Below are positions 28,470 through 38,829 of a stretch of DNA of 64,000 nt, piece after piece. Each line of letters begins with the position of its first letter. The first letter of the stretch is position 1. Source of the DNA: Candidatus Fimihabitans intestinipullorum (GTDB lineage Bacteria; Bacillota_I; Bacilli_A; RF39; UBA660); NCBI GenBank assembly GCA_018714965.1, contig DVML01000025.1, forward strand, positions 14,207 to 78,206, given 5' to 3'. The translations under genes and the position numbers were made by a program. Below the pieces are notes generated by a model. The model worked only from the letters and a program-made list of their open reading frames with translations. It was not told the origin of the DNA and did not search any database.

Positions 28470-28496
28470 AATATATTTGAAACTTCTTCATATCAT
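28469..28496 (+). promoter_or_regulatory. SigmaE-like sporulation promoter
   Basis: GAATATA-13 bp-CATATCAT upstream of the YlxY-like gene. Confidence 0.45.
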
Positions 28497-28511
28497 GAAA
28501 TAGGTGATACT

Positions 28512-29357
28512 ATGAAGAAGTTTTTTCAGTTATTAGGACTATTTGCACTTGTTTGTGGAAGCTTTTTCTATACCGAGAAGACTGTGTCTGTCGTTCGTGA
28601 TATGGATGAAATTATGATACAGATTAAAGAACAGGCAGAGATAGATAAAACCGATGCGATCGATGCTAAGATCGATGGAGATATGGTCATTCCGGGTAAG
28701 AGTGGAAGAGAGATCGATATCGATCAAAGTTATCAGAAGATGAAACAATATGGGGCTTATACTCCGAAATTACTCGTGTACGAACAAGTAAAGCCTGCTC
28801 GTAGTATCGATCAATATTATCACAAGTATGTAGTAGGTGGAAATCCTTCAAAAAATCAAGCTACTATTATTTTTTTGGTGGATGAAAAAAGTGATCTTAC
28901 AAAGATAAAGAAAATTATGAATCAGGAAGAGGTGAAAGCCAATTATTTTGTCGATGGGATGTGGTTAGAACAGAACAACGAAGAGATGATTCACTTGATC
29001 GAAGAAGGAAATATCATTGGAAATTTAAGTTATCAAAGAGATTATACGAATAGTTCTTTCGTGTGGATGGATACGATTATTCGAAGAGTAGGGGAACAAA
29101 AACAAGGATATTGTTATGCGGAAAATAAAGATAAAAAAGTGATCGATAATTGCAAGTTACAGAAAAATTTTACGATTGTGCCAAACCTTATTACGAAAGA
29201 ACATCCTTTTTCAGAAGTAAAAGAGAAGTTACAACCAGGTAGTATAATTTCTCTTGCAATTAATCAGACGACAGAAGAACAGTTGCTATCGATTGTTCGA
29301 TATATTAAATCAAGAGGATATGCTATCGTTACTTTGGATGAGTTGTTGCATGAGTAA
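28512..29357 (+). CDS. YlxY/SwsB-like sporulation polysaccharide-deacetylase-fold protein (catalytic motifs degenerate)
   Basis: N-terminal TM, DAKID...IPGKSGREIDIDQSY.KMK, GNPSK, FVDG.W.E.N, IGNLSY, PGSII, GY.IVTLDELL. Confidence 0.75.
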   Translation: MKKFFQLLGLFALVCGSFFYTEKTVSVVRDMDEIMIQIKEQAEIDKTDAIDAKIDGDMVIPGKSGREIDIDQSYQKMKQYGAYTPKLLVYEQVKPARSIDQYYHKYVVGGNPSKNQATIIFLVDEKSDLTKIKKIMNQEEVKANYFVDGMWLEQNNEEMIHLIEEGNIIGNLSYQRDYTNSSFVWMDTIIRRVGEQKQGYCYAENKDKKVIDNCKLQKNFTIVPNLITKEHPFSEVKEKLQPGSIISLAINQTTEEQLLSIVRYIKSRGYAIVTLDELLHE

Positions 29358-29437
29358 ATAAGATTGCATTAAGAAAATTTTAGTTGACAATTGCATCTTC
29401 TGTTTGATATATTACAAATAGAGGAGGAGTGTGTTGT

Positions 29438-29683
29438 ATGAACGAGAGAAATAATATTCCAATGGAATATCAACCTATTTCGATGTGGGGATATTTTGGA
29501 TACGAAATTTTATTTGCAATTCCTTGCATTGGATGGATTCTTTTACTCGTGTTTGCATTTGGTGGAACTAGAAATATCAACGTACGTAATTTTGCTAGGT
29601 CTTATTTTTGCTTACTTATTATCGTTGCAGTGTTGTTTGGTATTTTTATGCTTCTTTCAGGTGTATATGCAGCAAATGTATAG
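29438..29683 (+). CDS. Small conserved membrane protein
   Basis: Two TM segments, IPCIG...NVRNFARS; RBS GAGGAGGAG. Confidence 0.7.
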   Translation: MNERNNIPMEYQPISMWGYFGYEILFAIPCIGWILLLVFAFGGTRNINVRNFARSYFCLLIIVAVLFGIFMLLSGVYAANV

Positions 29684-29710
29684 GAGAAGAAATAGGAGAC
29701 TATTTCTTTT

Positions 29711-30061
29711 TTGATGATGCAGCAGTTAAAAGAAGATTTAAAACAGATGAAATTTGCACTCCTCGCTATTTTTATCTATGTTTGTTTTATGCAAGTGATA
29801 TTTGAAACGGTTTGTCCGATGAAAGTTTTTTTCGGCATCGATTGTCCAGCGTGTGGGTTAACTCATGCAGGTATTTGTGTTCTTTTAGGAAAATGGGAAG
29901 AAGCTTGCATGTGGAATCCGACAATCTTTTTGTGGATGTGGTGTATTTTTTGGTTTGTGATCGACCGTTATTGCTATCATTGGAAAGTTAAAATATTTCC
30001 ATATGGATTTATCATAGTTGGAATTTTGACGTTTGTATGGTATTGTTTTAAACTTGTATAA
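29711..30061 (+). CDS. DUF2752 domain membrane protein
   Basis: CP....GIDCPACGLTHA......G....A...NP motif. Confidence 0.8.
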   Translation: MMMQQLKEDLKQMKFALLAIFIYVCFMQVIFETVCPMKVFFGIDCPACGLTHAGICVLLGKWEEACMWNPTIFLWMWCIFWFVIDRYCYHWKVKIFPYGFIIVGILTFVWYCFKLV

Positions 30062-30127
30062 AAAGCTTAGGGAAGAAGCTTTTTATAATTGATTATCTAT
30101 GTTAGAATAGATGCGAGAGGTGGTTTT

Positions 30128-32335
30128 ATGAAAAAGCCAGAATTACTTGCTCCTGCGGGAAACATGGAATCTCTTTATGCCGCAATCGAAGCAGGATGTG
30201 ATGCGGTTTATTTAGGGGGATATACATTTGGAGCTCGTGCTTACGCGGGGAATTTTTCTTTAGATGAAATGAAGGAAGCTGTACGATATGCTCATTTATA
30301 TGGGGTAAAAGTTTATGTCACAGTGAATACTGTAATCTACGAGTCTGAAATTGAAATGTTACTTGATTACGTAGATGAATTAGTAAAGATTCACATAGAT
30401 GCTCTCATCATTCAGGATTTAGGAGCTTTTGATCTCATTCATCAAATTTATCCTGATTTGGAGTTGCATGCTTCTACACAGATGCACATTCATAATGTGA
30501 GCGGTGCTTTGATGATGGAAAAATTAGGTGCAAAGAGAGTGGTGCTAGCGAGAGAAACTCCGATAGAAGTAGTACGAGAAGTAAAGAAAAAGACGAAAAT
30601 CGAAGTTGAAATTTTTGTACATGGTGCACTTTGTGTGAGTTACTCTGGACAATGTTTGATGAGTAGTTTGATCGGAGGAAGAAGTGGAAATCGTGGAAGC
30701 TGTGCGGGAAGTTGCCGTCAAAAATACACAATGGTAGAACTAGTTCAAGGAAAAGAAAAAGTAGTAAAAGAAGAAAGCTACTTGTTATCGATGAAAGATC
30801 TAAATACACTAGAACATTTATCAGAATTGATCGATGCGGGAGTGGAAAGTTTTAAAATCGAAGGTAGAATGAAGAGTCCAAGTTATGTTTATTGTGTCGT
30901 TTCTCTATATCGTGAGGCGATTGATTCCTATCTACAAAAGGGAAAGGTATCGATCAATCAAAAAATGCTTGAAAATTTATCGTATATCTTTCATCGTCGA
31001 TTTACGAAAGGATTTTTATTTCACGAAGACAATGATCGAATTACAAATCCGTTTCGACCAAATCATCTTGGAGTTCCTATTGGCAAAGTAGCACAGGTAA
31101 AAGGAAACAGAGCGTTTGTAACATTATCTTTACCAGTTATTCAAAAAGACGGTGTTCGCATCATCAGAAAAGAAGATACAGGTTGTTTTTTAAATGTATT
31201 TTATAAAAATGGCAAAAGAATTAGTGAAGCGAATGCAGGTGATACAATTTCTTTCGATGTGAAAGGAAAAGTAGAAAAAGGAGCAACAGTCGTAAAAACC
31301 TACGATGAGAAATTGGTGTGTTCGATTCAAGATGAAATCGATGCGCGAAAAAGAAAAGTTCCTATTTGGATGCATGTTATATTACGTGCAGGAGATCCGA
31401 TGATATTAAACGTAACAGATGGAAAGAATGAAGTTAAAGTTGAAAGTTCGCAATTATTAGAAGAAGCAAAAAAGACACCGACATCAAAAGATAGAATTCG
31501 CGAACAATTAGAACGATTAGGAAATACTGTATATCGTTGCGAAGAAATTACATTCGAACAACAAGAGGATATATTTTTACCGATCTCTGTTATCAATGAA
31601 GTACGTAGACTTGCGATTTCTAAGTTAGATGACCTTCGATTAGAACGTCCAAAATTAACGAAAAAAGGATATCGTGCTACACCTATTTCTATAGAACGTA
31701 CAGAAAATATCGAAGTTTACTTTTCTACGCAAACACAATATGAAAGATTAAAAGATTGTGGATTAAAGCTAATTACTGATATTGAAAATAAAGAGAAGTA
31801 TCAGGAAAATATGATATGGAAATTACCTAATGTGATAGAGAAATATCCAAAAGAAAACGCAACTGTCATGGTAGAAGAAGTAGGTGGGTTAGAAAGTTAC
31901 TCCGATTTCGTAACTGGGGTAGGATTCAATGTATGTAATTCTTATACGGTTCATTTGCTTCATAAGTTAGGGGCAAAAGAAGTAACACTTTCTTACGAGT
32001 GTAATGATATTCAAATAGAAGAATTGATGGAAGCTTATTTCGAACGGTATCAAACACTTCCGAATGTCGCTTTGATCGTTCGAAGTGTTCCTCGTATGAT
32101 GACGACGAAGTATCGATTATTGGAACATGGAAATCCACAGAAGCAATACTTTTTGAAGGACCGATTCCATAATTTGTATCCGATTTACACAAACCGAGAC
32201 GGAATGCATTTGTATTTTGATCATGTTGTGGAAAGAGGACCGATTCAAAATTATCGCGAGATGGGAATTCAAAATTTTCGATATGAATACTTACCGCCAG
32301 AACGAGTGGATGGGGTTTTAAAAATACCAAGATAA
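30128..32335 (+). CDS. U32 family protein with DUF3656-type C-terminus (RlhA-like rRNA hydroxylase)
   Basis: PELLAPAG, HASTQM, FVHGALCVSYSGQC, RSGNRGSCAGSCR, KIEGRMK. Confidence 0.85.
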   Translation: MKKPELLAPAGNMESLYAAIEAGCDAVYLGGYTFGARAYAGNFSLDEMKEAVRYAHLYGVKVYVTVNTVIYESEIEMLLDYVDELVKIHIDALIIQDLGAFDLIHQIYPDLELHASTQMHIHNVSGALMMEKLGAKRVVLARETPIEVVREVKKKTKIEVEIFVHGALCVSYSGQCLMSSLIGGRSGNRGSCAGSCRQKYTMVELVQGKEKVVKEESYLLSMKDLNTLEHLSELIDAGVESFKIEGRMKSPSYVYCVVSLYREAIDSYLQKGKVSINQKMLENLSYIFHRRFTKGFLFHEDNDRITNPFRPNHLGVPIGKVAQVKGNRAFVTLSLPVIQKDGVRIIRKEDTGCFLNVFYKNGKRISEANAGDTISFDVKGKVEKGATVVKTYDEKLVCSIQDEIDARKRKVPIWMHVILRAGDPMILNVTDGKNEVKVESSQLLEEAKKTPTSKDRIREQLERLGNTVYRCEEITFEQQEDIFLPISVINEVRRLAISKLDDLRLERPKLTKKGYRATPISIERTENIEVYFSTQTQYERLKDCGLKLITDIENKEKYQENMIWKLPNVIEKYPKENATVMVEEVGGLESYSDFVTGVGFNVCNSYTVHLLHKLGAKEVTLSYECNDIQIEELMEAYFERYQTLPNVALIVRSVPRMMTTKYRLLEHGNPQKQYFLKDRFHNLYPIYTNRDGMHLYFDHVVERGPIQNYREMGIQNFRYEYLPPERVDGVLKIPR

Positions 32336-32405
32336 ATCAATAGAAAAGCGTAGACTTTTCTATTTTTTTGTATTATAATAAATGACAATTTTAGGAGGTG
32401 ATCAC

Positions 32406-34754
32406 GTGATAAAAACTAACTTGCCAGTCATTTTATTACGTAATATGTTATTACTTCCTAATAACGAGTTAAGATTCGAGTTCGATCAAGACGAAACAAA
32501 AAATATATTAGATGTCGCGGAACTATTTCACGAAAATAAATTACTTGTTGTAAGTAGTGAAGATTCATTAGAAGAAATGCCAGATTTAGAAGGACTACCT
32601 AATGTTGGAGTGATTGCAGTCATCGAAAGTAAAATGGAATTGCCTAATGACAAAACGCGAGTCGTGATTCGTGGACTAGAACGAGCTCACATTATAGAGT
32701 ACTTAAATATTACGCGTACGAAAGAAGTATTAGAAGCAATTGTTCAAAAAGAAGAAGAAGAGGAAATTTCGGAGGATAAGAACCGTATTTTAGTACATAA
32801 ATTACTTACGGAATTAGAAAGCTACCTAAAAAAAATTCCTTATATGAGCAATAGTATGATGGCGTCGATTCGCAAAGAAAAACAACTGCCTATCGTTACA
32901 GATATGATTGCTCCTCATCTCCCTATTTCGACGGAGAGATACTATGAATATTTAGGAGAATTTAAAGCTGTCATTCGTGCAGAGATGATCTTAAAAGATC
33001 TATATGAACAAGAGCATATATTCGAGGTTGAAAAAGAGATTGATCAACGAGTAAGAAAAGAAGTAGATCAACATCAAAAAGAGTTTTTATTACGTGAACG
33101 CATGAAAGTGATTCAAGAAGAGTTAGGAGAAGAAGAGTTTTCTAAAACAGAGGTAGATCGCTTTTTAGAAAAAGAAAAGAAATTACGTTTGCCCAAAAAA
33201 GTAAAAGAACGTTTAGATAGTGAGATACACCGTTACAAGTCTTTGCCACCGATGTCCCCTGAAGTGAATATGATTCATACATATATCGATTGGATTTTAG
33301 ATTTGCCTTGGAGAAAATATTCTGAAGATTGTAAGGACTTCTCTTTCGTTCAAGATAAACTAAATGAATCCCATGCGGGATTATCTAAAATTAAAGAACG
33401 TATTATAGAATTTTTAGCGGTTCGACAGATGGCAGGTAAAATGTCAGGTTCGATTATCTGTTTTGTCGGACCTCCAGGTGTAGGAAAGACGTCACTTGCT
33501 TTTTCTATCGCAAAGGCGATGAAACGAGAATTTGTGAAAATTTCAGTCGGAGGAGTTTCCGACGAATCAGAGATTATGGGACACCGTCGCACTTATATCG
33601 GAGCAATGCCCGGACGTATTATTCAAGCGATGAAGCGATCTCACACCAATAACCCAGTTTTCTTGATCGACGAAATCGATAAAATGACAAAATCGATTCA
33701 TGGGGATCCGGCAAGTTGTTTTTTGGAAATTTTAGATCCGGAGCAAAATAAAATGTTTCGTGATAACTATATCGAGGAAGCGTATGATTTATCGAATGTC
33801 TTATTTATTTTGACAGCGAACGATATCGATGAAATTCCAGATCCGCTTCGCGATCGACTTGAAATTATCATGTTGGATGGTTATACGGAATATGAAAAAC
33901 TCGATATAGCTAAAAATTATTTAATTCCAAAATTATGTCGTACTCACGGGTTAAAACAAAAGCAAGTGGAAATAAGTGATCGAGAGATTCTATACATGAT
34001 TCGATATTATACAAAAGAAGCAGGAGTACGTGAATTAGAAAGACAATTGGAAAAAGTGCTAAGAAAGATCGTGACAAAAATCGTAGTGGCACATGAAAAA
34101 AAGAGAGTATACCACATCTCTCATCAGGATTTGTTATATTATTTAGGAAAAGAAAAATTTCAATATATGAAACGAGGAAAAAACGTTCCCGGGGTGGTCA
34201 ATGGGCTTGCATATACTTCCTATGGTGGAGATACATTGCCGATTGAAGTGAATTATTATAAAGGAAATGGAAATCTTGTATTAACAGGGTGTTTGGGAGA
34301 TGTGATGAAAGAGAGTGCTACGATTGCACTTTCCTATATTAAATCAAATGCTGAAATGTTACATATTCCATATAATATGTTAGTAGAAAACGATATTCAC
34401 ATTCACGTTCCGGAAGGAGCGATTCCAAAAGATGGACCTAGTGCGGGAATTACGTTAGTAACAGCTCTTTATAGTGCATTTCAAAAGTTAAAGGTAGAAC
34501 GAACGATAGCGATGACTGGAGAAATCACATTACAAGGGCAGGTATTACCTGTTGGAGGAATTAAAGAAAAAAGTCTTGGAGCAGCACGGCAAGGGATTAG
34601 AACAATTTTGCTTCCTCATGAGAACTTAAAAGATTTAGATGAGGTTCCAGAGGAGATCAAAAAGAAAATTCGTTATATTCCAGTAAAATACTATGTGGAT
34701 GTATTAAAGTATTTGAAAGAAGGAAAAGAATATGATTTTGCGAGAAATAGATGA
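32406..34754 (+). CDS. lon: ATP-dependent Lon protease
   Basis: Lon N domain, GPPGVGKTS, IDEIDK, EAGVRELER, PKDGPSAG, MTGEI, GGIKEK; GTG start behind AGGAGG. Confidence 0.96.
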   Translation: MIKTNLPVILLRNMLLLPNNELRFEFDQDETKNILDVAELFHENKLLVVSSEDSLEEMPDLEGLPNVGVIAVIESKMELPNDKTRVVIRGLERAHIIEYLNITRTKEVLEAIVQKEEEEEISEDKNRILVHKLLTELESYLKKIPYMSNSMMASIRKEKQLPIVTDMIAPHLPISTERYYEYLGEFKAVIRAEMILKDLYEQEHIFEVEKEIDQRVRKEVDQHQKEFLLRERMKVIQEELGEEEFSKTEVDRFLEKEKKLRLPKKVKERLDSEIHRYKSLPPMSPEVNMIHTYIDWILDLPWRKYSEDCKDFSFVQDKLNESHAGLSKIKERIIEFLAVRQMAGKMSGSIICFVGPPGVGKTSLAFSIAKAMKREFVKISVGGVSDESEIMGHRRTYIGAMPGRIIQAMKRSHTNNPVFLIDEIDKMTKSIHGDPASCFLEILDPEQNKMFRDNYIEEAYDLSNVLFILTANDIDEIPDPLRDRLEIIMLDGYTEYEKLDIAKNYLIPKLCRTHGLKQKQVEISDREILYMIRYYTKEAGVRELERQLEKVLRKIVTKIVVAHEKKRVYHISHQDLLYYLGKEKFQYMKRGKNVPGVVNGLAYTSYGGDTLPIEVNYYKGNGNLVLTGCLGDVMKESATIALSYIKSNAEMLHIPYNMLVENDIHIHVPEGAIPKDGPSAGITLVTALYSAFQKLKVERTIAMTGEITLQGQVLPVGGIKEKSLGAARQGIRTILLPHENLKDLDEVPEEIKKKIRYIPVKYYVDVLKYLKEGKEYDFARNR

Positions 34755-35556
34755 ATTATGGATCGATCAAATTGAGGCGGAATTATACGTCGATTACTTA
34801 TGTTATGCAGAAGATAGTCAACTCTCTAAAGAGATGTTATTGCGACTCAAGAATCCGGATTATTCAGAGGCGTTATATTATTTGTTATTAACGGTCGTAC
34901 CAGAAGGTGTAGATATTTCTGAGAAGATTCGTCACAGAATGCTGTTGTTACTTGAATTGATAGAGATTTATTTTCCGCAGGACGTATTATTTTCTGATGC
35001 TATCATGACTTATTGGAAAGAAGCACTATTTCAAAAGCAAGGGGTAAAAGAAACCAAAATAGAAGCAAGAGAAAAACTACAATTTTTAAGTTGTATCGAT
35101 GTAAAAAAAACTGACGAGCAAGAGAGAAGATATGATGAGAAAAGGGCGAGAGAATATGCTTTTTTCCGATTTCTCTGCCAAATAGATGTAACCGAGAGGG
35201 GAAAGAATGGAGTTTATCTATATGCGGATTACATTCTTGATCCTTATCTACCATCAATTATCGATGATTGGTATAACCGATTTCCCGCAATATTTAGAAT
35301 CGATGAAATGACTGAAAAGATCGTATTTTTACTATCATCTCGCAGTGCTCTTACGAGGGCGGAGATAGAAGATTCTATTGATTTCGAGGTAGAGATAGAA
35401 GATGGGATCTTTCAGCATCAATATTCAAAGGAAGAAATAAAAAAGGTTCAATCACTAGATCCACACGGATTCGTGGATGATTTATTAAATGATATACAAA
35501 CAATGCTGGCATCATATGATCAAAACAATATGCCACGGAAAAAGTTAATGGCTTAG
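34732..35556 (+). CDS. Orphan ~270-aa acidic helical protein, tandem paralog 1 of 4
   Basis: Overlaps the lon 3' end; shares motifs with the next three ORFs. Confidence 0.75.
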   Translation: MILREIDELWIDQIEAELYVDYLCYAEDSQLSKEMLLRLKNPDYSEALYYLLLTVVPEGVDISEKIRHRMLLLLELIEIYFPQDVLFSDAIMTYWKEALFQKQGVKETKIEAREKLQFLSCIDVKKTDEQERRYDEKRAREYAFFRFLCQIDVTERGKNGVYLYADYILDPYLPSIIDDWYNRFPAIFRIDEMTEKIVFLLSSRSALTRAEIEDSIDFEVEIEDGIFQHQYSKEEIKKVQSLDPHGFVDDLLNDIQTMLASYDQNNMPRKKLMA

Positions 35557-35566
35557 GAGGTATAAT

Positions 35567-36385
35567 ATGGCACGACATACAAAAGAAGAAATAGATTATG
35601 CATACGACCAAGCAAATATTGAAAATATTTTACAATACTTTTGCTATGCAAATCCTATTCAATATAGAATCGAAGAGGATCCGTTATTATTATCGGTTGA
35701 TTTCGTAATGGAACTAATGGATTTAATATTATCGTATTCTGAGAATAAAAACATCTCAAAGTCGATTCGCAATAACTTAATTGGCTTGATCAATTATATG
35801 GGAAGAATTGCTCCACACTATGAGACGATCGCACAACCAGGGCTTTTAGAAGAGTTAAAACACGTATTAAGACAAAGTTCTGAAGAAAATAAAGAATCAA
35901 GTGAATACATGCTTTTTTGCGATACGAGAGAAGACATGGTTAGTAAGGAAGAGTATAAAATTCATAAGGAACAATATCGAGAAGAATTATATGCTTTTTT
36001 ATTAGATGAGACTTATTTTTTTGATCATTGTTGTATACCCGATTTGGACGTTAATAATTTGATTTCGCTCGCACGTAGACCGGATGTTTTGTCAATGGTC
36101 TATCGTTTTATCGATAAACATAAAATCCTGATAGAAGCCCCTTTATGTCACGATCGATTACAGTTGTTACTTTTTGTACGTGATGCTATGGAGCAAGCTA
36201 CAACGTCTCTTGAATTTCGATTTACAGAACAAAGCGGTCATGAAACGAGAGTTCAAGTAGATCATGAATTATTTTCACATTTATATCATTATCATGAAGC
36301 GTCAGAGCTAAAGGAACTCAAACACAATTTAGAAAGTTATCATAAAGGAGAAGTTCCAATAAGAAGAAAATTGGATTTAAACTAG
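35567..36385 (+). CDS. Orphan ~270-aa acidic helical protein, tandem paralog 2 of 4
   Basis: RBS AGGAGG; similar size and motifs to neighbours. Confidence 0.75.
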   Translation: MARHTKEEIDYAYDQANIENILQYFCYANPIQYRIEEDPLLLSVDFVMELMDLILSYSENKNISKSIRNNLIGLINYMGRIAPHYETIAQPGLLEELKHVLRQSSEENKESSEYMLFCDTREDMVSKEEYKIHKEQYREELYAFLLDETYFFDHCCIPDLDVNNLISLARRPDVLSMVYRFIDKHKILIEAPLCHDRLQLLLFVRDAMEQATTSLEFRFTEQSGHETRVQVDHELFSHLYHYHEASELKELKHNLESYHKGEVPIRRKLDLN

Positions 36386-36399
36386 AAAAGAAGGATTTT

Positions 36400-37212
36400 A
36401 TGAAAAGTCAAGAATATGAAGAATATAAGGAAGTAGTTGTAGATTGCTATGTAGAATATCTGATATGTATACCAGAACTTTCAGAATTGAATATGCTTGG
36501 GAACTTTTTGTGTACTGATTTGGTTGCTCAGAAAAAGCTTCAAAAGATCGTTGATGAAATGGACGAGCATAAAAATTGTGGGCTAGAAAAAAGAAAGCGT
36601 TTGAGGGAGTTATGCGCTGTTGCGTATCATTACGCAAAAGAAAAAAAGTGGATTGCGGAACAAGAAAAGTATGAATCATTATCTTGTAAGATTGCTACAT
36701 TGTCAAGTGAAAATTACGACACTTTTTATCGTCGACAATTTTTAGATATTTTAGATGTTTCTATGCAGGAGAATGTCTTAGAAAGTCATACAACAAGAGA
36801 GTTAGAATTTACATTAGATCAAATCAAATGTTTACAATATATCTGTTTGGTAGATTTATCGAAAGTAGAAAACATTCTTCCACAGATTGAGTATTATGTA
36901 AAATATCCTTTTACAAGTTATATGGCTGATATGTTATTAGATCAGTATCCAATACTTGTTACAAATGATGCTTTTTATTACTTTATGAAGCATGTATATA
37001 TGGTACGACTTGCTTTTTTAACGACGATGCAGCAGTCTATCGATGTGGAATGGATGGGACAGAGTTCAACCATTACGTGTACAGATGAAGAATATGATGA
37101 TTTGTATTATTTTGATCCACTTGAACATCAAGAGAATTCTTTTCAAACGTTAGAAGAACTTCGCGATCAATGGACAAAACCACATAGTGGAAAATCTATG
37201 TTGATAAGTTAA
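36400..37212 (+). CDS. Orphan ~270-aa acidic helical protein, tandem paralog 3 of 4
   Basis: RBS GAAGGA; similar size and motifs to neighbours. Confidence 0.75.
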   Translation: MKSQEYEEYKEVVVDCYVEYLICIPELSELNMLGNFLCTDLVAQKKLQKIVDEMDEHKNCGLEKRKRLRELCAVAYHYAKEKKWIAEQEKYESLSCKIATLSSENYDTFYRRQFLDILDVSMQENVLESHTTRELEFTLDQIKCLQYICLVDLSKVENILPQIEYYVKYPFTSYMADMLLDQYPILVTNDAFYYFMKHVYMVRLAFLTTMQQSIDVEWMGQSSTITCTDEEYDDLYYFDPLEHQENSFQTLEELRDQWTKPHSGKSMLIS

Positions 37213-37222
37213 GGAGAGTAGT

Positions 37223-38038
37223 ATGTTAGAAGATAGAGAGTATATGACGCAAGATAGATTTGATGTATGGTTGAATGCAAAATTATATCAACCGGATTTT
37301 CAGATTGACGAGGCTTTTTTAAGAGATCTTTTTCAGTTTGAGACGGACGAGTTTCTCATAGATTTTCTATATCATGTGTTTGTTGGAAAATATATGGGAG
37401 GGTATCCAAAGGAACATCTAATAGACTTACTTTGTGAAATTCAGTCGGTCCCACATTTGATAGATCATGAGAGAACGTTATATCAAACAGATCGATTAGT
37501 AGAGATGATCGAGCATGCTGATGATCATAATAGGTACTGGTATTATAAAAATTGGAAATATACACATCTTTTAAACGATTCTTACAATTATAGTTTATTA
37601 GAAGAAGATATTTATGAGTTGATTATTTTGGAAAATGAGGTTCTCCATTATCTAGATGAGAAAGTTTTATATGATCTAGAAGAAGAAAAAGATTTTCAAA
37701 AAGGGCAAAGACTGGAGCGCACATTTCAAAGGTTGCTACATTCCACGCATACGACGTGTGCGATTCAAGCTTTGATTTACGATGTTGAAGAATTGATTGT
37801 AGATAATGATTATTATACTGAAATCATGAAATTACTAGAAGGAAGAAAACAAATTTTAACTTCTTTGCACGAAGATAAAATCGAAAGAAGATCACTATCT
37901 CTTTTTCATGATGGAAGATTGATTACTGTAGACTATGGAGATACAGAGTCTAATATAGATAAAACTGTACGATATATGGATCAAGTATATAAGGAAGATT
38001 ATGGAAGCGAAAGATATCAAAATACATTATTTCATTAA
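37223..38038 (+). CDS. Orphan ~270-aa acidic helical protein, tandem paralog 4 of 4 (most diverged)
   Basis: RBS AAGGAG; same length class; weak motif similarity. Confidence 0.7.
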   Translation: MLEDREYMTQDRFDVWLNAKLYQPDFQIDEAFLRDLFQFETDEFLIDFLYHVFVGKYMGGYPKEHLIDLLCEIQSVPHLIDHERTLYQTDRLVEMIEHADDHNRYWYYKNWKYTHLLNDSYNYSLLEEDIYELIILENEVLHYLDEKVLYDLEEEKDFQKGQRLERTFQRLLHSTHTTCAIQALIYDVEELIVDNDYYTEIMKLLEGRKQILTSLHEDKIERRSLSLFHDGRLITVDYGDTESNIDKTVRYMDQVYKEDYGSERYQNTLFH

Positions 38039-38075
38039 ATAGATAGTTCTAGGCTATCTATTTTTTTCATATATT
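38037..38075 (+). terminator. Terminator of the lon-paralog operon, overlapping a sigmaE-like promoter of spoVID-ysxE
   Basis: AAATAGATAG...CTATCTATTTTTTT hairpin; TTCTA...CATATATT (38068-38075). Confidence 0.65.
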
Positions 38076-38100
38076 GTAGTAAATGTGGAGGGAGAGAATT

Positions 38101-38829
38101 ATGAAAAAGATAATACCATTTAAAAAGGAGATCGTATTTAAGACGAATTTAGCAGAAGTTACGAGTATTTCTCTAGAACATTCCCTGCATGTAGAGAATG
38201 ATCAATTGATTACAGGATCTTTCGAAGTCAGTGGGGAATATAAAATATCGGATAATAGCGCAACGACAGATGTATTTTCATTTGAGTTGCCATTTGATAT
38301 CGAAATGGATGATCGTTATGATTTATCTGGGTGCTCGGTAGATATTCATGATTTTTATTATGAGATTATCAATAATAGTATTTTGGCTGTCAATATAGAA
38401 GTAAGTGTTTCTAATTTCAAAGAAAAACCATTGATAGAAGAGGAGGAAGAAGAATTGCAAGAGGTAACACGTACGATTACACCGTTAGAGGCAGATTTGG
38501 TAAGAGAAGAAACAGAACCTACATCAGAAGGATCAGAAAAGATAGAAGAACCAGAAGAAATTTTTAACAAGGGAAGGTGTGTCGAGGAAGAAACTCCAGA
38601 GGATTTACCAAAGGAGAGAATTGGAACTTTATTTGATTCTTTTGATGAGACGAAAGAAACGTATGCGACATATAAAGTATATATCGTAAGAGAAGGCGAT
38701 ACGTTAGAATCTATTTTAGAAAAGTATAGTACGACAAAAGAAATTCTAGAACCGTACAACCAATTATCAGAACTACAACTCGGAATGAAGTTAATCATTC
38801 CACAGACGGAGCATGCGACAAATATTTAA
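38101..38829 (+). CDS. spoVID: SpoVID-like spore coat assembly protein with C-terminal LysM domain
   Basis: SISLE...ITGSFEVSGEY...DFYYEI N-domain, acidic linker, YIVREGDTLESILEKY...G.KLIIP LysM; synteny with ysxE. Confidence 0.7.
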   Translation: MKKIIPFKKEIVFKTNLAEVTSISLEHSLHVENDQLITGSFEVSGEYKISDNSATTDVFSFELPFDIEMDDRYDLSGCSVDIHDFYYEIINNSILAVNIEVSVSNFKEKPLIEEEEEELQEVTRTITPLEADLVREETEPTSEGSEKIEEPEEIFNKGRCVEEETPEDLPKERIGTLFDSFDETKETYATYKVYIVREGDTLESILEKYSTTKEILEPYNQLSELQLGMKLIIPQTEHATNI

